From: Eledone cirrhosa
Lineage: Eukaryota
Length of the DNA stretch: 64,000 nucleotides
NCBI GenBank assembly: GCA_964016885.1
Contig: OZ024745.1
Location: 122,574,001-122,638,000 of the forward strand
Direction: 5' to 3'
Of the stretch, positions 26,570 through 40,679 are shown piece after piece (the first letter of the stretch is position 1; each line of letters opens with the position of its first letter). Both the position numbers and the translations under genes were made by a program. Below the pieces are notes generated by a model. That model did not search any database. It was not told the origin of the DNA and was given only the letters and a program-made list of their open reading frames with translations.

Positions 26570-27065
26570 TTTTTTAATGGCCATGACTGACATCTATAAA
26601 AGATAATGGACTCAACCATCGCTATGAATAGCCTCATTATCAATGACTACTTGATCAGAGATACCCACACTTCAATAAAGAATTGAGAGCTCGAGCATCC
26701 TTTGCCTATCCTGGTGTCCATATCATGTTCTGGCTTCATGGAACTGCCAAGGTATGAAAAGCCATCTACTTCTCTGAACAATATAGCGCTGACATTTACT
26801 TGATGTTGCATTGAGATGCATGAATTTTCTATTCAAGTCAGTATTCAAGAAGAGTTCAATGGACTGCGCTGCAAGCTCCACTCTGTGTAATATGTCTTCA
26901 GCTTCTTTGGTGCTGTTTCCCAACAGAGCTATGCCATCTACATAAGCCAGTTCAGGTTGAACTTCCTCCGGATGTATGATATTTTGCTGACATTTCAATG
27001 TTATCCTGTCTGTTGATGCAATGGCATTACACAATGCATAATCAAGGTAGATCATAAAAAGGAAA
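26570..27065 (-). mobile_element. RTE-clade LINE reverse transcriptase fragment
   Basis: DYALCNA...ELAYVDGIALL...IELFLN (YADD region); IMRLFIAMVESIIFY..QSWPL. Confidence 0.75.
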
Positions 27066-27377
27066 AGAACCAGAGGAAGATTTCAGTATCAATGGAGAAT
27101 ATACCTGAGTTTCCTTTCTGTGTCATTACAAATTGCAGCAAATATTTGAAATAGGATAAGCTTGAATAGAATGAGACTATATATCAACAACCATCCACAT
27201 TCCAGCCAAAATTGACTTTGGCCATCTTGCTCTACAACCTCAATACAGAAGACCCAGATTCCCAGAGGTACAGGCCATAGCTGAAGCATATATATATAGC
27301 ATGTACCACCACACTCACTCCCATACATCCCCCATGATGACAAGCTGAAGTATACATCTAGAGAAGCCTTCAGCCCA

Positions 27378-28290
27378 CACTGTAAAGTGGTTGTGATGGC
27401 GACATGGCCAAAAGTCCACACTGTAAAGTGGTTGTGTAGGTGTCACAACAAAAAGCATCCAGTCCACACTGTAAAGTGGTTGTGTAGCTGTCACAACAAA
27501 AAGCATCCAGTCCACACTGTAAAGCGGTTGTGTAGGTGTCACAACAAAAAGCATCCAGTCCACACTGTAAAGTGGTTGTGTAGCTGTCACAACAAAAAGC
27601 ATCCAGTCACACTGTAAAGTGGTTGTGTAGGTGTCACAACAAAAAGCATCCAGTCCACACTGTAAAGTGATTGTGTAGCTGTCACAACAAAAAACATCCA
27701 GTCCACACTGTAAAGTGATTGTGTAGCTGTCACAACAAAAAACATCCAGTCCACACTGTAAAGTGGTTGTGTAGCTGTCACAACAAAAAGCATCCAGTCA
27801 CACTGTAAAGTGGTTGTGTAGGTGTCACAACAAAATGCATCCAGTCCACACTGTAAAGTGATTGTGTAGGTGTCACAACAAAAAACATCCAGTCCACACT
27901 GTAAAGTGGTTGTGTAGCTGTCACAACAAAAAGCATCCAGTCACACTGTAAAGTGGTTGTGTAGGTGTCACAACAAAATGCATCCAGTCCACACTGTAAA
28001 GTGATTGTGTAGGTGTCACAACAAAAAACATCCAGTCCACACTGTAAAGTGGTTGTGTAGCTGTCACAACAAAAAGCATCCAGTCACACTGTAAAGTGGT
28101 TGTGTAGGTGTCACAACAAAATGCATCCAGTCCACACTGTAAAGTGATTGTGTAGGTGTCACAACAAAAAGCATCCAGTCCACACTGTAAAGTGGTTGTG
28201 TAGGTGTCACAACAAAAAGCATCCAGTCCACACTGTAAAGTGATTGTGTAGGTGTCACAACAAAAAGCATCCAATCCACACTGTAAAGTG
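27378..28290 (+). repeat. 48-bp minisatellite (about 19 units) expanded inside a family-C SINE; related array at 29130-29610
   Basis: Unit ACACTGTAAAGTGGTTGTGTAGGTGTCACAACAAAAAGCATCCAGTCC; the SINE 3' end follows at 28290-28453. Confidence 0.9.
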
Positions 28291-28452
28291 TGGACTGGTG
28301 TTAGGAAGGGCATCCAGCTGTAGAAACCAAGCCAAAATCAGTTCTGTATGAGCAAGATATGGTCACTTGACCTGGTATTGCTCACAACTGGATAACTCAT
28401 CTAACCCATGCTAGCATGGAAAAATGGATGTTAAACAGTGATGATGATGATG

Positions 28453-28487
<35 letters not shown>

Positions 28488-30199
28488 AGTGAGACCAAAT
28501 TAGAAGTGGAGGAGGGTGCTCCGAAAGCAGACTAGTCAGAGTGAGAATGGGTTAGAGAAAGTTCAGGGAGTTACTACAGCTGCTAACTACAAAAAGACAC
28601 AGGCAGACTGTATGATGCATGTAAACAACACCGTTGAACAGCAGCAAGACTTGGCCACTATATGTAGAGGACCTGCAAGATTGGAAAGAAATGAAGCCTC
28701 CTTACTTCGATGGATGTACAGTAGCAATATACATGAACAGCAAAGCATAAATGAACTGAGAGAGAAATTAGGCATAAGAGGGATGAGAAGCAGTGTGTAG
28801 GTGAGGAGATTGCACTGGTATTGACATGTGATATGTAAGAAGATGACAGCTGTATAAAAAAGATGCAGAGTGCTCAAAATTGATGGTAGCTATGGAGTGG
28901 GCTGGCCTAGGAAGACTTGGGATGAGTTAACAAAAGCTGACCTTGCACAATTACACCTCTCAAAGGGGATGGCACAGGATAGTGATCTCTGGCACTATGC
29001 AGTAATACAGAAGACCCACTCCTATCACCTCTCCCATACACCTCCCTTGCTGAAATCACCTCACCCCTATATTTATCTTCCCAATTCCTCATGTATCTTT
29101 CTCACCCAAGTCCCCAAGCCACACCATAAAGTGGTCATCCTGGAGACATGACAATAAGTGCCCAGCCCACACTGGTCGTGTTGGTGTCAGGACAACAAGC
29201 AAACAGCCCACATTGTAAAGTGGTCATGTTGGTGACACAACAAAAAGCACCCAGCCCATACAGTAAAGTGGTCGTGTTGGTGACACAACAAAAAGCACCC
29301 AGCCCATACAGTAAAGTGGTCGTGTTGGTGACACAACAAAAAGCAATCAACCCACACAGTAAAGCGGTCGTGTAGGTGTCACAACAAAAAGCACCCAGCC
29401 TACACAGTAAAGCGGTCGTATTGGTGACACAACAAAAAGCAATCAACCCACACTGTAAAGTGGTCGTGTTGGTGTCACAACAAAAAGCACCCAGCCTACA
29501 CAGTAAAGTGGTCGTGTAGGTGTGTCACAACAAAAAGCACTCAACCCACACAGTAAAGCGGTCATGTTGGGGACACAACAAAAAGCACCCAGCCCACACA
29601 GTAAAGCAGTATATATACATTTTGCGTATGTTGTTCCACTCTTGTGGTTGTGTATATATCTGTTTATCTAACAGCATTTCTAAGCTTACCTTTGGTTGGC
29701 ATGAAATAATGAAGCTGTGAAATATCTAACTATATAAAACTAACATTAGTAAATAAACAAATATATATACTTATGCACATATATATATATATATACATAC
29801 ACACACACACACACATATACACATACACACACATACATATATATATATACATACACACATACATATATATATACACATACATACACACATATAAACATAC
29901 ACACACACACACACATATATATATATACATACACATATATATACATACATATACACACACACACATATATACATACACACACACACACACATATATATAT
30001 ACAGGTAGATATATTAGATAGATATATTTCTTTATTTGCCACAAGGGCGTAGATATATTAGATAGATAGACAGGTAAGTAGACCTGAGTCTGTTCAAATG
30101 GAAGTATTTATATATAAGCTTGTGTGTGTTTGTTTACTCGTTCAATAGACACGTAAATATGAAGATGTAAGCTAAGCTAGCTAGTTAGCAAGAATATGT

Positions 30200-30500
30200 T
30201 CCGAGGTGTGAAAAAGTGTCCATGTACATAAAGTAAACATCGTGTTGCCGTTGAGAACTCAGGTGTTCTCAGGCCCCGAACAATCAGAACGACAGCAGCC
30301 CGTCTGAGGAAGAAGTGTCCTGGAAGGTGTGGTGGCTTTTGCGGCAGGTATCGTTGGCCATTGTCCGCAGAAGTGTCTTTGCAATTTTGTCTACAGGACA
30401 CAGCCAAAACGCCGCTCTGACCTAGGTGTAGTGTCTCCCCTTCCCCCTCTCTTTCTTCCATTCCCTAATAGTCCTTGCTCTTCTTCTCATTTATAGCATT
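30200..30500 (+). mobile_element. CRE-clade non-LTR retrotransposon 3' end
   Basis: VAVENSGVLRPRT (cf. VAVET.G..G) and WWLLRQVSLAIVRRSVFAILST (cf. LRQRLS.A..RGN...IL). Confidence 0.7.
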
Positions 30501-31530
30501 TATAGTCCTTTCTTTTACTTTCCCATACAGCCAGATCTGTCCTTCTTTACCCCTTCCCCTTTTTTTGTCATTTCTTTATTTTGTTTATATCATATTTAAA
30601 TACTTTCATTATTTCTTTTGTGCAATAAATTTAATAAAATAACAAAAAAAAAAATATTAATAGAATGTAAATATACGAAACTACTGAAGAAACAGAAAAC
30701 TAGGCATTAATTTTTTAGCATTTAAACCGGCCATATCCAGCCAGATTCTCTCATCACTTTCTGTTCAAACCTGCTATAACTGGCTGCTCATACTGATGTT
30801 AAGGTATTGTTCTCAAAATAAATAATATCAAAATCTCATAGATTCAATACTATGTGAGATAATTATGTGAAATAAAGTATTTACCATGAAAATACAATAG
30901 TATCAATAGAGTAATGTGAATGGTAAAGGGTTAATCAAATTTACTGCTCCACCTGCTTTACTTACCAATATTCTTTGTCTAGTCCCAGAACTCTGTGACA
31001 TTATTACTACATTATTAAATTACAGATGCTTTACACTACTACCATAACAGACATGTTGTAAACAATCTCAGAAACGCTATATAATGCTATATAGCGAGAA
31101 TTATTGATCCAAGAAAGGGGGAAAACCGAAAGAGAATAAACCTAACTAAAAATAAAATTGAGGTAAAGATGGAAAACATAAGGGGATCTCCCCTAAACAA
31201 ACATTTTCTAACCCTTTAGAATTTACATTACTCTCTATATACTATTGTATTTTTGTGGTAAAGGCTTTACCTCACATAATATCGAATCTATGAGATTTTG
31301 ATGTTATTTATTTTGAGAACAATACCTTAACAACAGCATGAGTGGCCAGTTTTGGCCTGTTTGAACAGAAAGATGTGAGAGAATTCTGGTCAGATACAGC
31401 CGGTTTAAATGCTAAAGGGTTAAATAATTGTTTCTACTTTAGGCACAAGGCCAGCAATTTAAAGGGGAGCGGAAAGTTGATTAAATCGGAAAGTTGATTA
31501 ATTGCTGGCCGTGTGCCTAAAGTAGAAACA

Positions 31531-31561
<31 letters not shown>

Positions 31562-31959
31562 TTATTATTATCTTTGGAGGCTTCCAAAAGCTTCTCACAC
31601 TTCCACCACCACCACCACCAACACCCAACCAACACCATGCCGTCCCAAACAAAGAAACTAATATTTTCGATCAATCAGCAGTACGTATTTACAAATACAA
31701 ATAGTTTAACTAAATACTAAATGGCTAAAAAGTATTCTAACATAGCTACCTTAATGATACGGGGTCGGTAAGTGTGTGTGGGGGGGGGGGACGTTCTATG
31801 GCATACAGAACTCCCGGTGGGGGTCTCAACAGACAGAATGGAGAAAGCGTTCGTTGCCCTGAAAGACTCAGAACAGAACCTATCCAACAATAAACCGCTC
31901 ACTCCCACCCTAACTCACTTGGCCTATTTAGATTTTGTTTATGATTATATACATTTACA

Positions 31960-32041
<82 letters not shown>

Positions 32042-32163
32042 GCATATGTGTGTGTGTGTGCAAAAAGCAAACAGAAATAACAAAGCAAACGACACAGTAC
32101 AATGAAGAAATATATTAGTTTAGCGCTTGATATAATACGATATATATGTGTGTGTGCATTTAT

Positions 32164-32197
<34 letters not shown>

Positions 32198-33047
32198 GGA
32201 GAGAGAGAGAGAGAATTATCGTGAATACTGACAAAAACTAACGCGAAGCTTGTGTTTGAAAATGAAAGCGAAAGTGATTGCAGAAAAGGGCGTGTATATG
32301 TATGTTTGTGTTTGTGACTTGTACGTGTATATGTGTGTTGAAAGCAGGCACCTATCAAGTAAACACACGCAGTGAAACTAAAAGATAGACAGATATATAC
32401 AGACAGACAGATAGGTAGGCAGGTAGATAGATAGATAGATAGGTAGATAGGTAGATAGGTAGGTAGGTAGATAGGTACATAGATAGACAGATATACAGAC
32501 ACACAGATAGATAAATCGAGTGAATGAGTGCGAGAGGTTATGAGAGACCCTCATGTCAAAATGTGTTGTCTGTATATATTTCAACGACACTACAAATGAA
32601 GAATAAGAAAAGCTATAACAAACAATAGACGTATTACACTTTCTATATTTTCTGTACGTCTGTCATGATGCTACAACGCATCATAACTAAGTATGTAGTG
32701 ATGATGTGCAATAAAGCCTGCTATGGAAACAGCATGTTCTTCTTGCAACGAAATCACCAACAGTAGTAGTATAAAATAAGACATTTCTCATGCGTAATTT
32801 TAATTTTTGTTTTACATTATAGTTTATTTAAACATTGCCTTTCTCCTTTTCCTTCCCCTAAACCTTTTCCTTTCGTTATTTAATTTTTTTTCCCTATTTC
32901 TTTTTCTTTTTGTTATTGCAAACATTATATAACCGAATTGAAATTTGTCGAATAAATAAAACTCAAGAAATATGTTTAAATGTGTGTCGTCGTATTTCTA
33001 TATCTGTTTGCTGGTGTTTCTCTCTATACAGACATGGTATATAAGAC

Positions 33048-33098
<51 letters not shown>

Positions 33099-33169
33099 GA
33101 GAGAGAGAGAGAGATAGGGTGGTGGTTTAGCAATAAAAGAGAATATATATATATATATATATATATGTG

Positions 33170-33490
33170 TACTCCCGGCATTCGCGGTCATTCGCGGAAT
33201 TTTCCCCCAGAACATAACTAATAATTGTTCATGGAAACCACCGCATATTCGCGGAATCGTAAATATCTTCCGCGATTTTTTATAGCTTCTTTCGTGGCAA
33301 TATATATTTTTTCACGCTTTTTAACGCTAAATTATTAATAACAATATATTGTATTTGCCGGCCTATATTTTACGTTATGTTTTTGACGTTTATAGGCATT
33401 TTTTATGGACCACGTCCAATATTCGCGTTTTTTCGCTCTTCCTGAGTGCTCTGCGAACGTAACCCACGCGAATGCTGAGGGGTTCATTGT
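33170..33490. mobile_element. Tc1/pogo (Tigger-like) MITE; related fragment at 26440-26560
   Basis: CCCGGCATTCGCG...CGCGAATGCTGAGGGG subterminal inverted repeats, flanked by TA. Confidence 0.6.
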
Positions 33491-34874
33491 ATATATATAT
33501 AAACACACACACTCTAAATCTGAAATCTTGGCAGTTTTAAATTAAAAGTAATGGCCACAATCAGTAGTAGTAGCAGTAGTAGTAATGTTTGGGTTGTGAT
33601 GTGGTAGTTGTAATGATGGTCATTGATATTTGCTAGTGTAAAGACCTCAACAATAATATATAATATATATACATATATAAACAGGACTTACACTCATATA
33701 TACATACACACAAATACACGCGCACACACATATATATAGAGAGATATGAGAGAGAGAGAGAGAGAACTGAGAAAGATCCTGTAATGAGAGAAATGATGAT
33801 ATTTTTGTTTGTCAACATTATCAAAGCAAACCAACTTACTCCATACTTTACACCTAGGAGGATATTCAGTAAAGTCTTATCCCCAAACACAAAACATTGA
33901 TTACCGTAGTGTTTCTAAGGAAAATGATACCTAAACACAGCAGACAAGACATGAAAACTAATGTGGGTAATGCTGATGATGACAAAGACTATCTGCGTGA
34001 GCTAATATTATCTAAAAGCAGTTCTTATACACGGAATTTACTCTACCAAACGATTTTCATCAATAATGAATTAAGAAAATTACAAGAATTCACATGTAAA
34101 ATATCTAACGTTTGAAATTGGAAAAACCCTAAAAAATTACTTCTATTTTTCCTCGTCTAATTTTTCATCTAATTTCTAAATAGCTTTTAATGAAAGATTT
34201 TGAAAAAAATATCCCCTAAAAATTAAATAATCTATGGATTAGCCCTTTAGCATTTAAACTGGACATATCCGGCCAGAATTCTCTCACCTTTTTCTGTTCA
34301 AACTGGCCGTAACTGGCCACTCATACTGACATTATGGTATTGTCAAAATAAATAATAACATCACCAAAATCTCGTAGGTTCCATATTATGTGAGATAATG
34401 CCTTTACCATGAAAATATAATAGTGGAGTAATGCCAAATGGTTAAAAACAAAAAAAATTATTCTTTACGATATTTAACTCTCTTGATATTAAGCCACCTG
34501 GAATTGCCTGTCGTTCTACAAGACCATGATGTTTATTTTAAAGTGTTTATATTTAAATACCTTCCACCATAATTTTATGTACGAATCTGGTGGTGTTATT
34601 AAGTTAGACATGGCCTGGGCCAATACTGGCCAAAAGTTATCAAAGTTATGCCCCAAATACCTGCTTAATAATGAGATATATATTTATATTACTAAATCCT
34701 TCTAAATCTTTGAAATTTTCAGAATGACTTAAAAATGCTTGGCAGTGTCTTTCATTAGGAATATGGTAATGAAAGACTTAACTACTAAAACAATTCTCAT
34801 AGTCAATTATCGTAAAATATATGTATATTAATGCTATTTGTTTAGTCTAATTTAAAACTTGCTGATTTATACTA

Positions 34875-34905
<31 letters not shown>

Positions 34906-36655
34906 CATACACGCCCCTCCCACTGTAAAGTGGTTGTGTAGGCGTCACGACAAAAAGCACCTAGTACTGATTGTAAACGAGGTTGGCGTTAGGAAGGACA
35001 TCCAGCTGTAGAAATGAAGCAACAATCTGTTCTGTATGAGCAAGACAAGGTCACCTGACCTGGCATTGCCCACAACAGGACAACTTGTCTAACCCATGCT
35101 AGCATGGAAAAATGGACGTAAAACGGTGATGATGATGACTTATACAGCTTACAGGCCATTACTATCATAATGTTACTGTTACTATACTAAAGCTACTACT
35201 ATTAAAATTGTAGTAGTATTCTTAACTCTATGACAATTATACTACACAAACTATAATCATTATTATCTTTTCTTTTACTGAAGTATTTATCATGTTGATT
35301 GTTTTTTTAACTAAAATACAATTATATTTCTTTAAATTCAAGAAAATTGAATTCCAAGCTATACCACATGGGAAGGTTCCTGTTCATAGTTGTTAGATGA
35401 TATCTTTATGAATGAAAGCAAATACTACTATATATCTACTATACATACTACTATACATATTAGCATTATTCAATATTCAATGCTTTGCTCCATGATTTTT
35501 TCCTCTTAATTTATCAAATCATAGCAATCAACAATTCTATAGTTATCTTATTTTAATATTGGTATTTGCAATGATATAATAGCTTGTGACAACATCATCA
35601 TCACTACGACTGTTTCACTATTGTTTATGGGTTCAGCAACAGGCATTATTTTTAAGTCCAGCCTCCTATTGACATCATCATCAACCTACACATACTTTAG
35701 TTCCAGCTGGTGATATTTGTCATTTTAAAATACTTGAATATTACATCATATTTATAGAATCAATAACATATTTTCAACACTATTTCAAATTTCTAAAAAT
35801 GTTTTCCCTAAATTTAACACAAACATACATAAACAACACCGCCAGCACCAATAATACATACCACACACTCATACATAACAACAACACATACACACACAGA
35901 GATGTAACTCGTAGTAGATGATAAATTATTCAACAAAAAATCTATTTATGAATGAAAACATCCAGTCAGCTTCTCTTAACTAGAACAGAAATGGTAACAA
36001 CTTTCAAACAACATTTTTTTTTAATGACATTTTCTGTATTAGTGTTTTAAATTGGATTTTTTAATGAGATGAAAAGGGTTAATTAAAATAGCAGCATTGA
36101 TTGGCAGCATCGGTGGAGAGTCAGACACCATGCTTTGTAGCATAAAGTTATGGCCCTTTACGTTCTGAGTTCAAATCTTCCCGAGGTTAACTTTGCCTTT
36201 CATCCTTATGGGGTTCGATAAAATAAAGCACCAGTAATGCACTGGGGTAATTGCTGGCTTTGTGCCTAAAGTAGAAACAAATATTAGTGTGTATCTAATT
36301 TAGAATAGGTACACCATTTCTCTGTGTCTTGTAAGAAGTAAATAAAAGGCTAGGCAACATTAAGGGCTGTAAAACCTTTGTCTAAAAAGATCCCATGATG
36401 GGTATGAAACATGTCATGGGCTGGCATGGCTAACTCTGCTATAAACAAAGTAATAGAATGAAATAGATCTCCTTTGGTTTCTATGATGAGTATTCCAGTC
36501 GTTTGATCAGCAGAACAACCTGTTCATAAAGTGGCTGAGCATTCTACAGAAACATGTATGTATGTGTACCCCTAATTCTTCTGGCAAAGATTCAGCATGA
36601 CATGACACAGTATGTGACATGGCTGACCCTTTGAATTACAGCTAGAGTCCATCAC

Positions 36656-38050
36656 TTAACTATATCTAACACTGCAGCGACTTCATCAAAGAAGGATCTG
36701 TTTTTGAACTCCTTGTTTGGTGTATAAACTTGTACCACACACTGAAACCTATCTTTCTGCCTAAGCTTCCAGAGGCAAATCCTCCCTCCTAATGGGATCC
36801 AGTCCAAAACACATACTGACAGCCAGGGGCTTGTGAGTATACCTACACCCGCCTGTGTAGTTATTTCTGGTCCCATACCTCAATAGTGGAGTTTCTATCA
36901 TCCATCCAAATCTACAGTACCAGAGCCATGGAACCTTGCTGACAAAACTCCGACTATATCTAGCCTCCTCGACTAGTTCCTGCTCCTTACAAGTAAGAGC
37001 TGTGATGTTCCAGGTTCCAAATGTCATGGTTTGCTCCCTTCGAAACCTTCTTTGGGGTCTCAGGATATGCAATCTTTGTGTATCGATCCCATGCCTCTCA
37101 GGACATGTCACAGGCCCATCGCCACTTTTTAATGGCATGAAATGGAGACTGAAATATATTTTTCCAGCAGGCTCCTGTACCTAAGACCTGAACGCATCCC
37201 TTGTTAACCAGCATGAAGGATGATGCAGTAAGATTATTTTGCTAACCACTCACCATATTTCAGTTTTGGTGGTCTTATTAATGCCAGTCACCAATCTGAT
37301 ACTTTAAAACCCACAAAGACTAGGCTTTTTTAGAAGCGCCTTTACTCTAAGTTTGATGCCAAGTGCTGCATGGCTGGAATGAAAATCAGTGTTGCGAAAA
37401 CTGAGACACTCGTCCTCTCAAGGAAGCCCGCACAGTGCACTGTACATGTGAATGAAGCTCCACTGAAGTAGGAGGAGAAGTTCAAGTATCTCAGGGCCAT
37501 GTTCATGGGTGACTGAATTAAGTGCAAACATTGCAAGAGCTTGGCATTCCATAATCAGAAGGAAGGGAGGTAGGTGTAAAAGCCAAACTCACTATCTTCA
37601 ATTCAGTATTCATAAATCTTGGGTAATGACCGAAAGAATATGATTGTGAATACAAGTGGCCGGAATGGGGTTCCTCTGGAGTGTCTTTGGAGTAACATTA
37701 CTTGGTAGAGAGCATAGCTTGGAGATCAGAGAGTCACTCCAGGTAGAGTCGCTACTTCTCTGAATTGAGAGACCACAGCTCCGATACTACGGGCATGTGG
37801 TTAGAATGTCTCAGGGAAAAATTACTGGACAGATTTTGCAGGCAAAAGCAACTGGCAGAAGACCCAGGGGTAGACCCCGAGCAAGATGGTTGGATAATAT
37901 CCATGAGCTTGGCTGGTCTCGCTTGGGGATCCAGCTGGATCAGTTGGAGATGGTTGTTTCTGACAGGACCCACTGGAAGGAGTGTTTGAGGACTCTACCC
38001 CTAAAAACACTTCTCAGGATTAACAGGGTAAAGAAGAAGAGAAGAAGAAT
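36656..38050. mobile_element. 5'-inverted RTE LINE: APE endonuclease part on minus (36656-37320), RT C-terminal part on plus (37330-38050)
   Basis: Minus TFGTWNITAL...ELVEEA and AGVGILT...VVQVYTPN; plus EEKFKYL and ILQAKATGRRPRGRPRARWLD with (AAG)n tail; flanking TCCATCAC repeat at 36648-36655 and 38051-38058. Confidence 0.75.
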
Positions 38051-39549
38051 TCCATCACATATAATAATGTATGTGGTTGAGTATTCCATGGACACAGGTA
38101 TCCTTAATGTACTTCTGATGGGGATTCATGTCTGCATGGGCACCTAAATCCCTTAGTGAAATAATGGTATATCCTACCAAGTCATACTCAATTGTCATCA
38201 CTGGCTATAGTTTCAAACCAAATAGGTTCTTATGTTTCATTTTTTTCTAGCTGATGAATTTATTAAAAAATTTATTTTTAGAAAAAACATTTTATTGAAC
38301 TCTTATTTAGTTAAAATACAGGTAGGTAATTGTAATTGGTAAACCTGTGTTTAAATCACTACTGACAAGAACCTATCATCATCATCATCATTGTAAGTCT
38401 TTCCATACTAGCATGGGCTGGACGAGTGATCACGGTCTGAGACTAGATGGGTCATAGATCTGGCTCATACTTTACATAAACTATCATATATATAACTTTA
38501 ATAGGTTTCGGTCAGTATTGGCCCAGGCCATGTCTAACTTAATAGCACCACCAATTTATTTATAGACTCTGAACTGTCACTAGAATTACTGCAGTACAAA
38601 TGTATTCCCACAAATTTGATGTCAAAGTCTGGTTGCATCAACAGTAGAAGCATAATGATTGTTTCTACTTTAGGCACAAGGCCAGCAATTACCCCAGTAC
38701 ATTACTGGTGCTTTATTTTATCGACCCCGTAAGAATGAAAGTCAAAGCTAACCTCGGTGTGATTTAAGCTCAGAACGTAAAGGACCATAACTCTATGCTG
38801 CAAACCATGGTGTCTGACACTCTACCGATACTGCCAATCCACTGCACTTATTCACCCAATAATAATAATAATAATTGTTTTTACTTTAGGCATAAGGCCA
38901 GCAATTTGAAGGGGAAGGGAAAGTCGATTAAATCGACCCCAGTACATTACTGGTACTTTATTTTATTGACCCCGTAAGGATGAAAGGTAAAGCTAACCTC
39001 GGTGGGATTTGAAGTCAGAACTTAAAGGGCCGTAATTCTATGCCGCGAAGCATTTAGTCTGACGCTCTACCGATTCTGCCGATCCATCACCTTTAATAAT
39101 AATTGTTTCTACTTTTGGCACAAGGCCAGTAATTATCCCAGTGTATTACTGGTATTTTATTTTATCGACCCCGTAAGGATGAAAGGCAAAGTTAACCTCG
39201 GCGGGATTTGAACTCAGATCATAAAGGGCCGTAACTCTATGCTGCAGAGCATGGTGTCCGACCCTCTACCGATATTGCCAATCCCTAACCCACCATTTAA
39301 TAATACTAATAATAATTAAAGTACGTACACAAGCCATGTAGAAGTGTATCTGTATGATTAAATAGGCATGCATAGTTTAGTTTATTTCAATACCTTATTA
39401 AAACAAATACTGATATTTCTATTCTAAAAAGACAAAACTTTTTCTTCTTACAGCTCAAAGAATATGGTGGACTGTGATTTTTTTTATCACACACAATGAA
39501 TTTTCCAAAATATGGCACCTTCCTATAGCCTCAGGTTATATATATATAT

Positions 39550-39742
39550 CAGAAAGGATGTGGTAAAATACCAGGTGGACCATAACCCACCAGTGTACTC
39601 GATACTTGGGGTAGTAGAGTGGGTAATATGAAAAGATTCTGGACCCCGACGGCTGAGCTCCAGCCGTTTCGACAGCTAGATCCGAATCGTTTGGATCTAG
39701 CTGTCGAAACGGCTGGAGCTCAGCCGTCGGGGTCCAGAATCT

Positions 39743-39750
<8 letters not shown>
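39550..39750 (-). mobile_element. (TA)n-embedded branched-palindrome element, best-preserved copy; others at 25585-25700, 44880-45072, 51412-51610, 51980-52110, 57078-57245
   Basis: ~70-bp unique tail plus near-perfect ~124-bp palindrome 39627-39750 with internal GACGGCTG/CAGCCGT hairpins. Confidence 0.85.
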
Positions 39751-39826
<76 letters not shown>

Positions 39827-40679
39827 TTATATGTGTGTATATATATATGTGTGTGTGTATATTTATATATATATATATATAGAGAGAGAGATAGAGAAAG
39901 AAATGTATGTGCATATATATATATACATATATGTATATATACATATATAAATATACACATATATAAATACACACACACACACACATATATATATATGGGG
40001 TGGGGGTGTATGTGTGAGCATATCCATGTCATTGTTTACATTCATTCTCTGTCTGTTTATGTCCTGTAATATAGTGGTTCGACAAATAGAAGTTGATATA
40101 TTAAGTAACACACTTGAAAAATAATCACTAGGAGTCGATATGATTGACAAAACCCTTTCAAATTTGCAGCCAAAAGGAATAAAAATTCTCCTTATAACGA
40201 AATATATCAGATCTGCCATTTCTGTACTGTTGGAAAGTTTTTGCAATCACTAGGAGAAAAAGATCCAAAATATGCGATACCGTGTGGCGTGTATTGTAGA
40301 ATTTATTGGCTTTATTACCAATAAATCATCAATATATTAAAAAAACATTTTTTTTATCTCCAAACCGGCTGAAATCATCCTTAGTTTTACTATACAAAAC
40401 TGTTTATTTTAAAGTGTTTATATTTATACAAAAACATTCCACCATAATTCTAAATTATGTTCCAAATACCTGCTTGATAATAAGATAATTAGCTATATTA
40501 CTAAATCATCTCAAATTTTTGATTAGTTTTCCAAATGATTTGAAAATTATACGCAGTGTATTTCATTAGAAATATGGTAAGAAAAAGGTTGTTAGCACAT
40601 TGTTTTCATTTGGAGCACACAATGTGTAAGTTTAATAAGTGATTGCCAAAAATATTCTTTCACATCCTTGACATTAATA

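Noticed and set aside
27378-28290. CRISPR-like regular array (also 8970-9243, 57345-58137)
   Set aside because: Units are contiguous with no unique spacers, derive from SINE/MITE sequence, and there are no cas genes; the context is eukaryotic.
33840-33853. Possible minus-strand microexon (ctag|GTGTAAAGTATGGA|gtaagt)
   Set aside because: 14 nt is frame-shifting, the polypyrimidine tract is weak, and such matches are expected by chance.
39863-40246. Minus ORF with GCKF...YFSSVLL, vaguely like GPCR TM3
   Set aside because: No DRY motif, a stop immediately upstream, and it runs into a microsatellite.
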